64,000 bases of DNA, taken from Flavisolibacter sp. GTDB taxonomy: Bacteria > Bacteroidota > Bacteroidia > Chitinophagales > Chitinophagaceae. The translations under genes were made by a program, and so were the position numbers. The stretch lies in the NCBI GenBank assembly GCA_028288675.1, contig JAQBNG010000127.1, positions 21,654 to 85,653 on the forward strand, written 5' to 3'. Of the stretch, positions 39,376 to 49,395 are shown one piece after another; within the stretch, counting starts at the first letter, position 1; the number at the start of each line of letters is the position of its first letter. Below the pieces are notes generated by a model that worked only from the letters and a program-made list of their open reading frames with translations, did not search any database and was not told the DNA's origin.

Positions 39376-42300
39376 ATGGCGTTACCTCATTTACTTAAAT
39401 ACGTTTACACACACGGCTCTGATGAAGTCATTCGCCGTGGTAAAAAAATACATGCTATCGGCTTTGTGGAACTGGCAGAACATGACGACCTTTTTGGCTC
39501 TGCAGTATTCCGTGTAAAGGATGATAGCTATGCAACGTTTTACAATGTTTTTATTCAAAACTATAAAGACCCTAAAACGGTTTCGCTCCGTTGCTCCTGT
39601 CCATACAACCTTGGCGACATTTGCCGCCACGAAGCGGCTTCCCTTATTCGCCTGCAGGAGATGATGGACAAAGGCCAGTTGATGGCCGATAACGCGGCTT
39701 ACGACCAGCGGCATACCGTGGCGAAAATGAAAACCATTGACTTAAAAACTATTCATCTTTTATCAAGCCACGATATAGTTGACGAAGCAGAAAAAAATCT
39801 GCAGAAGAGGAAGCCCCAGATTGAAACTGCCAAAGAAGAAACAGTAAAGGCAAGCGTTACCATTGATGGTCATGAGTACTCGGTTCTTATTCGCCGCAAC
39901 GATGAAAGAAACTTCGATACAAGCTCCGATTACGAAGACACGGAGCACCTGCTTTGCCTGCCCAAAGTGATCGTGTTCCTGCACTTGTTGCAAACAAAAG
40001 GACAGCATTATTTTGAAACCATCCGCAACTGGGATAAAGAAAAAAATAAGTTGCTTGAGGCATACGGGTATTCGTTAAAAGATGATCTAAAAGGCAAGTT
40101 TGAATTCAGCTATAAAGATGGCAAGCCCTATTTAAGAGTGTTGAACAGTTCTATAAAAAGAATAGTGGCGCCAGCCCCGCCATCGGTGCCCCGGTATGAA
40201 AGAGTAGAGGTAGCCGAGGAAGACCCGAAGCCGGTCGAACATATTATTACAAAGCGCCTCGGTATTGTTTTCAATTTCAATAAAGCAGTATACCCCTTCT
40301 TCAGCATTGATGTAATAGAAGGCGAAATGGATGAAGAAGGTTCCTTTGCCGGCAATGTAGAAAAGCTGGAACTGGCCCGCTATGTAGAAACAGAACAGTA
40401 TGGCGATGTTGATAAGGCAATATTAACCCACATTCGCAAGTTGCAGGATACGGAGATCAATAAATACGTAAGCCGTAACTCGCCTTTCGCCGGCTTTTGG
40501 GAAAACATCGTGCAGCAGGAAGGCGATGAATTGCCCGAAGAAACAAAGAGCCTGATCGCCGAATATCTTTTACCACGGCTAAAAAAACTCTTTGCTGATT
40601 TTACTGCCGTACCTTCTTTCTCCCTTTTAAAAAACACGACATTTAAAACTTCTAATCTTCAAAAAGTAGAAGTAAGCAATCAATACCTGACGCCTTATTT
40701 TAATGTAGCCCGGCAAGGAGACTATTTTGAATTTGAATGTTATGTAAAGCCGGGTAGCGTACCCCATTCCCTGGCCGAAAACGAAGTACCGTCGGCTCTT
40801 ATTTATTTGTACAATCACCAGTTGTATTTGTGGGAAAATAAAGAGGCTGTAGAAATAGCCGGGAGCTTTCCTGAAAGTGGTACACAAAAAATTAAAGGGG
40901 CCGACTGGCCGCAGACTTTGCTGCGTACGGTGATGCCGCTTACAAAGGAATACAATGTTCATTTTGACCGCACACTGATTGATGAAGTAAAGGACGGAGA
41001 ACCGGAAACCAAGCTCTTTTTACAAGAGAAAGGCGAGTACCTGGTTTTTAGCCCCATTTATACCTACAAAGGGTTTGATGTAAAAGGGAAAGACCGCGGC
41101 GAGTTGATTATTCCGCAGGGCGATAAAGTAGTTGTAGTGCATCGTAACCGCGAAGCGGAAAAAGATTTTCTTCATAAGCTGCAAATACTGCACTCCAACT
41201 TTGTGCCTTTTGATGATGACGCTGCCCTGGCCCTCAGAGGCGCCGAAGTGTTGCGCAACAACTGGTTCTTTCTTTTTGTAGATGCCATGAAGGAAGCGAA
41301 GGTGCCGGTGTTTGGTTTTGAATCGCTTAAGAACTTTCGTTTTAATACCGCGAAGCCACAAACGCATATTTATATTTCGTCGCATACCGATTGGTTTGAT
41401 GCCAAGGTGGACATACTTTTTGGCGATCAGAAGGTAACAGTGGCAGAGGTAAAAAAAGCCATTGCCGCCAAGCAACAATTTGTACAACTGAACGATGGCA
41501 CATTGGGAATTTTGCCTGAAGAGTGGCTGAAAAAATATTCCTTGCTGTTTAGAGTGGGCGAAGGAAAAACCGACAAATTAAAACTATCACGGTATCATTT
41601 AAGTGTGATAGATGAGCTCTACGAAAACCGCAATGCGGAGGAGCTTACTATTCGGTTAGAAGAAAAATATGAGCGGATAAAGGAGTTTAATACAATTAAG
41701 GAAATTCCGCCGCCCGGTAACCTGGAACCTATTCTGCGCCCTTATCAAATCGCCGGTTTTCAGTGGCTGAATTATTTAAGCGAAGTAGCATGGGGCGGTA
41801 TTTTAGCCGATGATATGGGTTTGGGTAAAACTGTGCAGGCCCTTTCCTTTTTACAGCATTACTATGAAAGCCACAATGGCGAAATGAAGGCGCTGGTGGT
41901 ATGTCCCACAACGCTGATTTATAACTGGGAGAACGAGATAAAAAAGTTCACGCCATCATTAGAATATTATATTCATCACGGCTCTTTACGCAGCCGTAAT
42001 GTTGAAGAATTATTAAAGCATCATGTCATTATCACTACATATGGCACCTTGCGCAGCGACATTAAACTCTTCACACAAATCAAACTGGATTATGTGATTC
42101 TCGATGAATCGCAGGCCATAAAAAACCCATCAAGTAAGGTAACTAAAGCCGCTTCTTTGCTTAACGCAAAAAGCCGTTTGTGCATGAGCGGTACACCGCT
42201 TCAAAACAATACGTTTGATATTTATGCGCAAATGAATTTTCTTAACCCCGGCATGTTAGGTTCTATTGAATTCTTCAGGCAGGAGTTTGCAATACCCATT

Positions 42301-43125
42301 GATAAGTTTGGCGAGCCAGAGCAAAAAGAGCATCTTAAAAAGATACTGTATCCTTTTATTCTTCGGCGTACCAAGGAGCAGGTAGCAAAAGATCTACCGG
42401 ACAAAACAGAAACCATTTTGTTCTGCGAAATGGAAGATGAACAGCGAAAAATTTATGACGCTTACCGCAACGATTTCCGGGCAAAGATCATGGGCACCAT
42501 TGAAGAACAGGGCATACAAAAATCGCAGCTTACTATCTTGCAGGGCCTGATGAAACTGCGCCAGATCTGCGACTCCCCGGCTATCTTAAACGAAGATGAA
42601 AAACTTCCTAATCACTCTATTAAACTGGAGGAATTATCAAGAGAAATTTCAGAAAACATCGGCAACCATAAAGCCCTTGTGTTCTCGCAGTTCCTGGGCA
42701 TGTTGGCCTTAATTAAAACCAAGCTGGATGAATTAGGGGTGAAGTACGAATACTTTGATGGCAGCACGTCTGCACCTGACCGTCAAAAAGCTATAGAAGC
42801 TTTCCAAAATGATGAGGAGACAAGAGTGTTTCTTATTTCTTTAAAAGCCGGCGGTGTGGGCTTAAACTTAACTGCCGCTGATTATGTATATATCGTTGAT
42901 CCGTGGTGGAACCCAGCGGTGGAGCAGCAGGCCATTGACCGTACGCACCGCATTGGTCAAACCAAAAACATTTTCGCTTATCGTATGATTTGCAAGGATA
43001 CCATTGAAGATAAAATCATTCTGTTGCAGGATAAGAAACGGGCTTTGGCAAAAGATCTTATTTCTGACGACAGTACGTTTGTGAAAGCATTGACAAGAGA
43101 AGACGTGGAGTACTTGTTTAGTTAG
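39376..43125 (+). CDS. SWIM zinc-finger SNF2/SWI2 family helicase-like ATPase
   Basis: CSCPYNLGDICRH, ADDMGLGKT, DESQ, SGTPLQN, FSQF, SLKAGGVGLNLT, DPWWNP, QAIDRTHRIGQ. ATG 39376 preferred; the track start lies inside the repeat. Confidence 0.93.
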   Translation: MALPHLLKYVYTHGSDEVIRRGKKIHAIGFVELAEHDDLFGSAVFRVKDDSYATFYNVFIQNYKDPKTVSLRCSCPYNLGDICRHEAASLIRLQEMMDKGQLMADNAAYDQRHTVAKMKTIDLKTIHLLSSHDIVDEAEKNLQKRKPQIETAKEETVKASVTIDGHEYSVLIRRNDERNFDTSSDYEDTEHLLCLPKVIVFLHLLQTKGQHYFETIRNWDKEKNKLLEAYGYSLKDDLKGKFEFSYKDGKPYLRVLNSSIKRIVAPAPPSVPRYERVEVAEEDPKPVEHIITKRLGIVFNFNKAVYPFFSIDVIEGEMDEEGSFAGNVEKLELARYVETEQYGDVDKAILTHIRKLQDTEINKYVSRNSPFAGFWENIVQQEGDELPEETKSLIAEYLLPRLKKLFADFTAVPSFSLLKNTTFKTSNLQKVEVSNQYLTPYFNVARQGDYFEFECYVKPGSVPHSLAENEVPSALIYLYNHQLYLWENKEAVEIAGSFPESGTQKIKGADWPQTLLRTVMPLTKEYNVHFDRTLIDEVKDGEPETKLFLQEKGEYLVFSPIYTYKGFDVKGKDRGELIIPQGDKVVVVHRNREAEKDFLHKLQILHSNFVPFDDDAALALRGAEVLRNNWFFLFVDAMKEAKVPVFGFESLKNFRFNTAKPQTHIYISSHTDWFDAKVDILFGDQKVTVAEVKKAIAAKQQFVQLNDGTLGILPEEWLKKYSLLFRVGEGKTDKLKLSRYHLSVIDELYENRNAEELTIRLEEKYERIKEFNTIKEIPPPGNLEPILRPYQIAGFQWLNYLSEVAWGGILADDMGLGKTVQALSFLQHYYESHNGEMKALVVCPTTLIYNWENEIKKFTPSLEYYIHHGSLRSRNVEELLKHHVIITTYGTLRSDIKLFTQIKLDYVILDESQAIKNPSSKVTKAASLLNAKSRLCMSGTPLQNNTFDIYAQMNFLNPGMLGSIEFFRQEFAIPIDKFGEPEQKEHLKKILYPFILRRTKEQVAKDLPDKTETILFCEMEDEQRKIYDAYRNDFRAKIMGTIEEQGIQKSQLTILQGLMKLRQICDSPAILNEDEKLPNHSIKLEELSREISENIGNHKALVFSQFLGMLALIKTKLDELGVKYEYFDGSTSAPDRQKAIEAFQNDEETRVFLISLKAGGVGLNLTAADYVYIVDPWWNPAVEQQAIDRTHRIGQTKNIFAYRMICKDTIEDKIILLQDKKRALAKDLISDDSTFVKALTREDVEYLFS

Positions 43126-43193
43126 GGCAACTGCATACTCTGGTCTGCAGTAAGCAGAGAGCATTAGGCTACAAAGACTAATAATATAATTTT

Positions 43194-43226
43194 AAAACTC
43201 AATCATTATTTTGATTGAGTTTTTTC
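43194..43226 (+). terminator. Intrinsic terminator
   Basis: AAAACTCAATCA-TTATTT-TGATTGAGTTTT followed by T. Confidence 0.7.
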
Positions 43227-43512
43227 TTTTTATACCAAGCTAAATACTACTATGAAGCTTTACTTGCGTCGCACTCTTGTACGCTTTGTTTGCTATGAAA
43301 CAGTCATACCTAATCTTATAAATAAGGGCTCGGCAAAGGCTATTTATCATAAACCAGTGTACCAGCTTTTACCTTGTACTTCTATAAGGAATTACGCACA
43401 CTTTCATTGTCATTGTTTACCAGCACATCTTTAACAGCAGTGTGGAAATTTCAATTTTTAATCTGCATACTTATTGATGTTGTTGTTCTTTTTTAACCTA
43501 AAAAACACAAAT

Positions 43513-44451
43513 ATGAAAAAGCTAATATTCTCCTGCCTGCTGGTAGGCTTTGTAGTTGCTACCTCGGCACAAAACACTCAAACCGGCACCGGCACCCAGG
43601 GCAGTAACCAAACCACTAATAAAAAAAGTACGGGTAAAAAAGCAAAGAAAGGAACAAAGTCCTCTTCCTCTTCTCACAAGGCAAAAGCCCGAAGCACTTC
43701 CGCAGACAGTACGAACAATGGCCAGTCCTCAACGGATAATTCAGGTATGTCCTCTGGAAATATGAATAATACTAATAGCAACTCCCGAAGTACCCTAAAT
43801 AACGGAACCGGAAATCAAACCGGTAATGGAAGCGGCAATCAGAAGAATACTAATAAAGCAACCAAAAGTTCATCATCTTCCAACCAGGGAAACTCAGGCA
43901 ACGGGTCTAATAATACAAATGGCAATCAATCTTCTTCACAAGGTTCAAACGTATCGGGAACAATGGATACCACGAACCGCATGAGTGGTACCCTGAACAG
44001 CACCAGTACAAATAATGGAATGGGAAACAACGGCACAAGTGGAACAACCGGCGGTTTAACAGATACGAGCAGAACAGGAAACCAGGCCAATACTACATCG
44101 GGTACAGGCACAGATACCAGCGGCATGAATTCAGGTACTTCAGGTACAACTAATAGAAATAACAGTTCTAATAATACTGGCACAAATAATAGCAACAACT
44201 CCAACAATACAACAGGAGGCACAATTAACGACTCTACCGGTACAAGTACTATGAATAATGGAAGTACTACTTCAGGAACTACAGGCAACGGAACTGGGAA
44301 TGCAGATTCTACCGGAAATGGAACTAACAGTGGTACAACAGGTAATGGAAGTCCTAAAATAAAAACAAAGATCAAAACAGCAGATGGTAAAGTCATCAAA
44401 ACAAAAACAAAGAATGGGGAAACTAAAACAAAAACTAAAGGGGGAGAGTAA
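43513..44451 (+). CDS. Secreted Asn/Ser/Thr/Gly-rich low-complexity protein
   Basis: Signal peptide MKKLIFSCLLVGFVVATSA, then about 260 aa nearly free of hydrophobic residues and a Lys/Thr tail. Followed by a strong hairpin. Confidence 0.8.
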   Translation: MKKLIFSCLLVGFVVATSAQNTQTGTGTQGSNQTTNKKSTGKKAKKGTKSSSSSHKAKARSTSADSTNNGQSSTDNSGMSSGNMNNTNSNSRSTLNNGTGNQTGNGSGNQKNTNKATKSSSSSNQGNSGNGSNNTNGNQSSSQGSNVSGTMDTTNRMSGTLNSTSTNNGMGNNGTSGTTGGLTDTSRTGNQANTTSGTGTDTSGMNSGTSGTTNRNNSSNNTGTNNSNNSNNTTGGTINDSTGTSTMNNGSTTSGTTGNGTGNADSTGNGTNSGTTGNGSPKIKTKIKTADGKVIKTKTKNGETKTKTKGGE

Positions 44452-44470
44452 GTAGAGGACGAAAAAGTGC

Positions 44471-44530
44471 ATGGGTTTCTGTCTATCCTGTAAGGTTGAT
44501 AAAAACAGGATAGACAGAAACCCATTTATT
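44471..44530 (+). terminator. 21-bp perfect hairpin terminator
   Basis: ATGGGTTTCTGTCTATCCTGT / ACAGGATAGACAGAAACCCAT with a 13-nt loop, then TTATTTTT. Confidence 0.85.
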
Positions 44531-44769
44531 TTTCCTATTTCATTTTATCACCTTCCGGCCTCATGCTCTAAACAGGGATGCCACCGGAGTTTATAAAACA
44601 CGCAAGGGCTCAGGTAGTGTCATTCAATCTTTATTTATTTGGGAATCCCGTGCTTCTACTCCTGCACTTTGGACTGAGGTAAAGGCACAAGCTATAGTTT
44701 TAGATGGAAAATGTAAGCGGGTTAGATTAATGGTGAGAAACCATCTGCATATATGTTTGTTACATTCAT

Positions 44770-45288
44770 ATGCCAGATGACTCTCCACTTATTGTTACGC
44801 TTTCACTGGATGAAGCATCTTTCCAATTTTTCGACAACCTTCACAAACAATACTTTCCGCCAGAAAGAAACTTTTTACTAGCGCACCTAACGCTCTTTCA
44901 TCATCTGCTACCGGCCAAGCCAAAAATAAAAGAGAACTTATATAAATGGAGTAAAGAAATAGAGCCATTAGTGTTGCAGGTAGTTGAAATAATAAGCATC
45001 GGCAAAGGCGTAGCATATAAAATAGAATGTGAACCATTACTACAATTGCATCGCATCATGCAAAAGGAATGGCAAGACTGGCTACAGCCTCAAGACAAAC
45101 AAAAGTTATGGCCGCATGTAACGGTTCAAAATAAAGTAACACCAGCTAAAGCAAAGGAAACGCTGGAAGAATTGAAAACTACATTCAAGCCGTTTACCGC
45201 AATAGGAACAGGCTTTAGTTTATGGAGTTATGAAGGCGGCCCGTGGGAGTTTATAGAAAGCTTTCCTTTTTTAATTCTGTTGGCATAA
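44770..45288 (+). CDS. 2H phosphoesterase (2'-5' RNA ligase-like) family protein
   Basis: Two HxT motifs: AHLTLFH and PHVTVQN. Confidence 0.85.
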   Translation: MPDDSPLIVTLSLDEASFQFFDNLHKQYFPPERNFLLAHLTLFHHLLPAKPKIKENLYKWSKEIEPLVLQVVEIISIGKGVAYKIECEPLLQLHRIMQKEWQDWLQPQDKQKLWPHVTVQNKVTPAKAKETLEELKTTFKPFTAIGTGFSLWSYEGGPWEFIESFPFLILLA

Positions 45289-45303
45289 AATGAAAGTTCG
45301 CAA

Positions 45304-45362
45304 TTAGTAGTTTCCGGTTGGCAATGAAGGTGCAAATTCCAAACTGGAAACTGCCAACTAAT
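45304..45362. repeat. Heptamer-periodic (NNNAACT) imperfect inverted repeat
   Basis: TTAGTAGTTTCCGGTTGGCAA ... TTCCAAACT GGAAACT GCCAACT AA. Confidence 0.6.
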
Positions 45363-45471
45363 GGTTTAATGACACATTGAATAAGAATCTCACCGCTCGT
45401 CCTTCGCTTAACCTAAATTAACTACAGATCATCAACTATCCGAATATCTTCGTATTCATCAATCAAAGCTT

Positions 45472-48378
45472 ATGAAGAAAACATACTTCGCCCTGCTGGT
45501 GCTTATCTCTTTCTCCGCATCGGCGCAAAAAATTTCGGGCACGGTAAAAGGAAGCTTACAGGATTCCACATCGGCCACACTCTTAAGCGATGCAACAGTT
45601 TCTGTAGTGAGCCTTCCCGACTCCTCCCTTATTTCTTTTACGCTTACCCGCAGCAATGGCTATTTCGAAATTAAAAACTTAGCCGCCGGCAACTACCTTT
45701 TAGTGGCTTCGTTCAGCGGGTTGCAAACCAAAAAAAAGGCTTTCACCATCAGTGCCGAAAAGGCTACCGAGGATTTCAGTATCATAAAAATGGATAGAGC
45801 ATACAAGGGCATGCAGGAAGTTGTTATTACCGATCAGTCTCCCGTAAAAATTAATGGCGATACCATCTCTTTTAACGCCAATATGTTCAAGACAAAACCA
45901 AATGCTACAGTAGAAGATTTGCTGAAGAAGCTACCGGGCATGCAGGTAGAAAAAGACGGCACTGTAAAAGCGCAGGGCGAAACTGTACAAAAAGTTTATG
46001 TTGATGGAAAAGAATTTTTTAATAACGATCCTAAACTGGCTACAAAGAATTTATCGGCTGATATGGTGGACGCGGTAGAAGTGTTTGATGATATGAGTGA
46101 GCAGGCCAAGTTTAATAAAATTGATGATGGCAGCCGTACCAAAGCGCTCAATTTAAAATTGAAAAAAGATAAAAAGAAAGGTGTCTTTGGAAAAGTATAT
46201 GCAGGCTACGGAACCGACAAACGTTATGATGCAGGATTATCAACCAACTTTTTTAAAGGCGCAACACAAACATCGGTGATTGCAAAAGCCAATAACACGA
46301 GCAACATTGGCTTTACACTTGGCGATATGCTGGGCATGTTCAACGGCCCTGGCGGCGGCGGCATAATGGGCGCTATGGGCGGTGGTTCATTAGGCGGAAG
46401 CAGCGGCAGCGGAAGTTTTGGTGGGGGTTCCGGCGCAATGGGTGGAATGAATATGATTCGTGCCGGTGGTTCCGGTGGTGGCAGCAACCTTGGTGGATTT
46501 AATCTTGGTTCAACAGGTGGCGGCGTTACGGCTTCATCCCAGGTTGGTATTAATTACCGCGATACCTGGAGCAAGTATTTTGAAGTGAACGGCAGTTATT
46601 TTTTCAACCATGCGCAAACCGAAAATGACCGTTATAGCTTTCGACAAAATATAGCTGCGGATTCTTCTATTAACACGGCTGACAGAACCTATTCTAAAAC
46701 CCGCAACAATAATCACCGGTTCAACCTGAATATGGTTTATACCATTGATTCGTTTAACTCCATCATCTATCAGCCCAATTTAAATTTTCAGAGCTCGCAG
46801 TCATTTAGCGATGACACATTAAACAGCGCCGTGGTGAAGAACGGTTCTTCATATACCAATGCAGAAAACCGTACACTCACAAACAATTCCGGCGATGGCT
46901 ACAATTTCAGCAACAATTTAATCTGGCGGAAACGTTTTCGTAAACCGGGCCGCACTTTATCGGTAAACGTTTCTAATACATGGAGCGATAACAACCGTGA
47001 TGCGTATAGCATTATCACCTCTAGATTTTATACCCCAAACGGCTTTAAGTGGATGGACCGCCTGTCGGATTTCGTTACCCGTACGGAAAGCAACACCAAC
47101 AATTACAGCGCAGGCTTTTCTTATACCGAACCTATCGCAAGGGATAAGGTAATGGAGTTTAATTATACCCATAACGATAACCACAGCAATTCGGACAGGA
47201 AAACTTTCAATAAGAATATAGCAAGCGGTACTTACGATGCCCTTGTTGATTCGCTTACCAATCGTTTTGAAAACAGCAATATATACGACCGTATCGGAAC
47301 CAACTTTAGAGTGGTAAAAAAGAAATATAATTACCAGTTAGGTTTTGCCGTGCAGCAAACTTCATTAGAGAGCGACAACCTTTCAAAAGGCAAAAACATT
47401 TTACAGAAAAATACAAACCTGTTTCCAACAGCCTCGTTTAATTACCAGTTCCAACGCAGCCGTAGCTTACGCATTAATTATCGCGGCCGTACGGCCCAAC
47501 CTACTATCTCGCAACTGCAGGATGTAACGGATTACAGCAGCTATCCCTATATATCAAAAGGAAATCCTTCCTTAACCCAGGAGTTCTCGCACAATGTAAC
47601 ACTGAGTTATAATTTCTTCGACATGATCAAATTTCGCAACTTGTTTGCTTTTGTCACCTACAGCACTACGCAAAATAAGATTGCAAATGCTATACAAAAC
47701 CTGCCGGGGGGAGTTCAGTTAACCTCGCCTGTAAATGTAGAGGGTGTATATGCGGTGTCGGGTAATTTCAATATCGGCTTTCCCATTAAACAAATGAAGG
47801 GAGGAAATTTTAATGCTACCAGCCGCATTGGCTATAACCAGGATGCAAGTATTGTAGACAGGATAAAGAATTTCACCCGTAATTTATCGTTAGGTGAAGA
47901 CCTCCGCTTAAGCTACAACAAAGACAAATTAGATCTCGGCATATCGGCCAGCATCAGTTATAACCAGGTAAAGTACAGTTTGCAGGAACGCAACAATACG
48001 TCTTACTTCATGCATGTATATTCTGCCGATGCTACTTATACCTTACCTAAAAATTTCATCCTGTCAACCGATTTTGATTATACGTTCAATACAGGCCGTA
48101 CCGATGGCTTTAACCAGAATTACGCCATATGGAATGGCAGCATTGCCAAACAGGTTTTAAAAAATAAGCGGGGAGAAATAAAGGCTTCGGTGTTTGATAT
48201 CCTAAACCAAAACACCAGCGTTTATCGTAACGTGGCACAGAACTATATCGAAGATGTGCAAAACAGTGTATTGAAACGGTACTTCATGCTGACCTTTACT
48301 TACAACATTAACCGCATGGGTGGAAGAAGCATGCCGCCGATGATGGAAAGAGCGACAAAAGGGATAAGACTTAATTAG
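45472..48378 (+). CDS. Outer-membrane beta-barrel (TonB-receptor-like) protein with an N-terminal carboxypeptidase-regulatory-like domain and a Gly-rich insert
   Basis: Signal peptide, GDTISFNA...EDLLKKLPG, VDGKEFF, PxxxQLQDV, RYFMLTFTYN. Confidence 0.8.
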   Translation: MKKTYFALLVLISFSASAQKISGTVKGSLQDSTSATLLSDATVSVVSLPDSSLISFTLTRSNGYFEIKNLAAGNYLLVASFSGLQTKKKAFTISAEKATEDFSIIKMDRAYKGMQEVVITDQSPVKINGDTISFNANMFKTKPNATVEDLLKKLPGMQVEKDGTVKAQGETVQKVYVDGKEFFNNDPKLATKNLSADMVDAVEVFDDMSEQAKFNKIDDGSRTKALNLKLKKDKKKGVFGKVYAGYGTDKRYDAGLSTNFFKGATQTSVIAKANNTSNIGFTLGDMLGMFNGPGGGGIMGAMGGGSLGGSSGSGSFGGGSGAMGGMNMIRAGGSGGGSNLGGFNLGSTGGGVTASSQVGINYRDTWSKYFEVNGSYFFNHAQTENDRYSFRQNIAADSSINTADRTYSKTRNNNHRFNLNMVYTIDSFNSIIYQPNLNFQSSQSFSDDTLNSAVVKNGSSYTNAENRTLTNNSGDGYNFSNNLIWRKRFRKPGRTLSVNVSNTWSDNNRDAYSIITSRFYTPNGFKWMDRLSDFVTRTESNTNNYSAGFSYTEPIARDKVMEFNYTHNDNHSNSDRKTFNKNIASGTYDALVDSLTNRFENSNIYDRIGTNFRVVKKKYNYQLGFAVQQTSLESDNLSKGKNILQKNTNLFPTASFNYQFQRSRSLRINYRGRTAQPTISQLQDVTDYSSYPYISKGNPSLTQEFSHNVTLSYNFFDMIKFRNLFAFVTYSTTQNKIANAIQNLPGGVQLTSPVNVEGVYAVSGNFNIGFPIKQMKGGNFNATSRIGYNQDASIVDRIKNFTRNLSLGEDLRLSYNKDKLDLGISASISYNQVKYSLQERNNTSYFMHVYSADATYTLPKNFILSTDFDYTFNTGRTDGFNQNYAIWNGSIAKQVLKNKRGEIKASVFDILNQNTSVYRNVAQNYIEDVQNSVLKRYFMLTFTYNINRMGGRSMPPMMERATKGIRLN

Positions 48379-48403
48379 CAAAAGGCAATATGCAATTGGC
48401 AAT
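48376..48403 (+). repeat. Single arm of NNGCAAT heptamers directly after the beta-barrel stop codon
   Basis: TAGCAAA AGGCAAT ATGCAAT TGGCAAT. Confidence 0.7.
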
Positions 48404-48804
48404 AAAAAACGATCAGAGATCGGAGTAATGAAAGAAGCAATTGATAGGGAACTTTGAATTTGAGCGACCAACTCCCTACAGATTCGCTGGAGATAATATC
48501 CATAAAAAAGAAACCCTCAGTTGAGGGTTCTATCTGATCATGCGCTTTTTTGAAGGGAGGTAACTAACGGTTGACGAACCGTAAATTACGACGCCTAAAA
48601 TTGATTTCATGAAGCGCCATACGTTGTAGGATGGTTTGTACGAGCTGCTGTAAATCTGTGCAGCCTGTTTTGCGTACTCAATGTCTCTGTTTTTCATGCA
48701 GGTTATTTTAGTTTGTGGAAAATAGGTGGATAAACTTAGTCATTTACATTGAAATAACGAAGCCTTTGCCTATTTTGTTGTCGAAAACTTTTAATATCCA
48801 CTCT

Positions 48805-49395
48805 ATGAAACTGAAGATCACACAACTTCTATCCGTACTTGCTTTGTCTGCTTTTATCAACCTATCACATGCACAGTTAAAATTGCCTGGCGCCGGCAAC
48901 CCCGATGTGCGCAATGCTTTAGAAAAAGTAATTGCCGATTACCCGAAAGAGTTTGCCAACCTGAAAGGTGAAGTGCTGAACACCAATCCACAAACAGTAG
49001 AGTATGAATCGCTGCTGCCTTTTAAAAGTGCTGAGCATAACACTATTACGGAGTACTCGGGTAAACACCCCGTTTACAGTTGGCAGGCCCTTATGTTTAC
49101 AGCCGAAGAATTTGAAGATGCTGCTAAAAAATACAAAGCCCTGTACCAGCAGCTAAAAGGGATGAACTTAAAGTTGAACAGGGATTATGATTACAGCTTA
49201 TCAGGTGAGTATGATGCACCTGATGAAAGCAAAAAATTTAGTACCACCATTTTTGGCTTATCGCCAAACGCCTCTAATCTTCCTAAAGTAAAAGTGGAAC
49301 TTTCCATGCAATACGAACTACTGGAATGGAAAATTTATTTGCTGGTATATCAAAAAGAAAAAGAAGATAATGAAAGGGGGAGGATAGAGGAATAA
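48805..49395 (+). CDS. Hypothetical exported protein
   Basis: Signal peptide after ATG 48805, followed by a 24-bp hairpin. Confidence 0.7.
   Translation: MKLKITQLLSVLALSAFINLSHAQLKLPGAGNPDVRNALEKVIADYPKEFANLKGEVLNTNPQTVEYESLLPFKSAEHNTITEYSGKHPVYSWQALMFTAEEFEDAAKKYKALYQQLKGMNLKLNRDYDYSLSGEYDAPDESKKFSTTIFGLSPNASNLPKVKVELSMQYELLEWKIYLLVYQKEKEDNERGRIEE

Noticed and set aside
43252-43434. 60-aa ORF upstream of the low-complexity protein
   Set aside because: No motif or supporting signals; it lies in a probable promoter region.
48202-48471. Minus-strand ORF containing LLPIAYCLL
   Set aside because: That peptide is just the translation of the GCAAT heptamer arm, and the rest is antisense to the beta-barrel gene.
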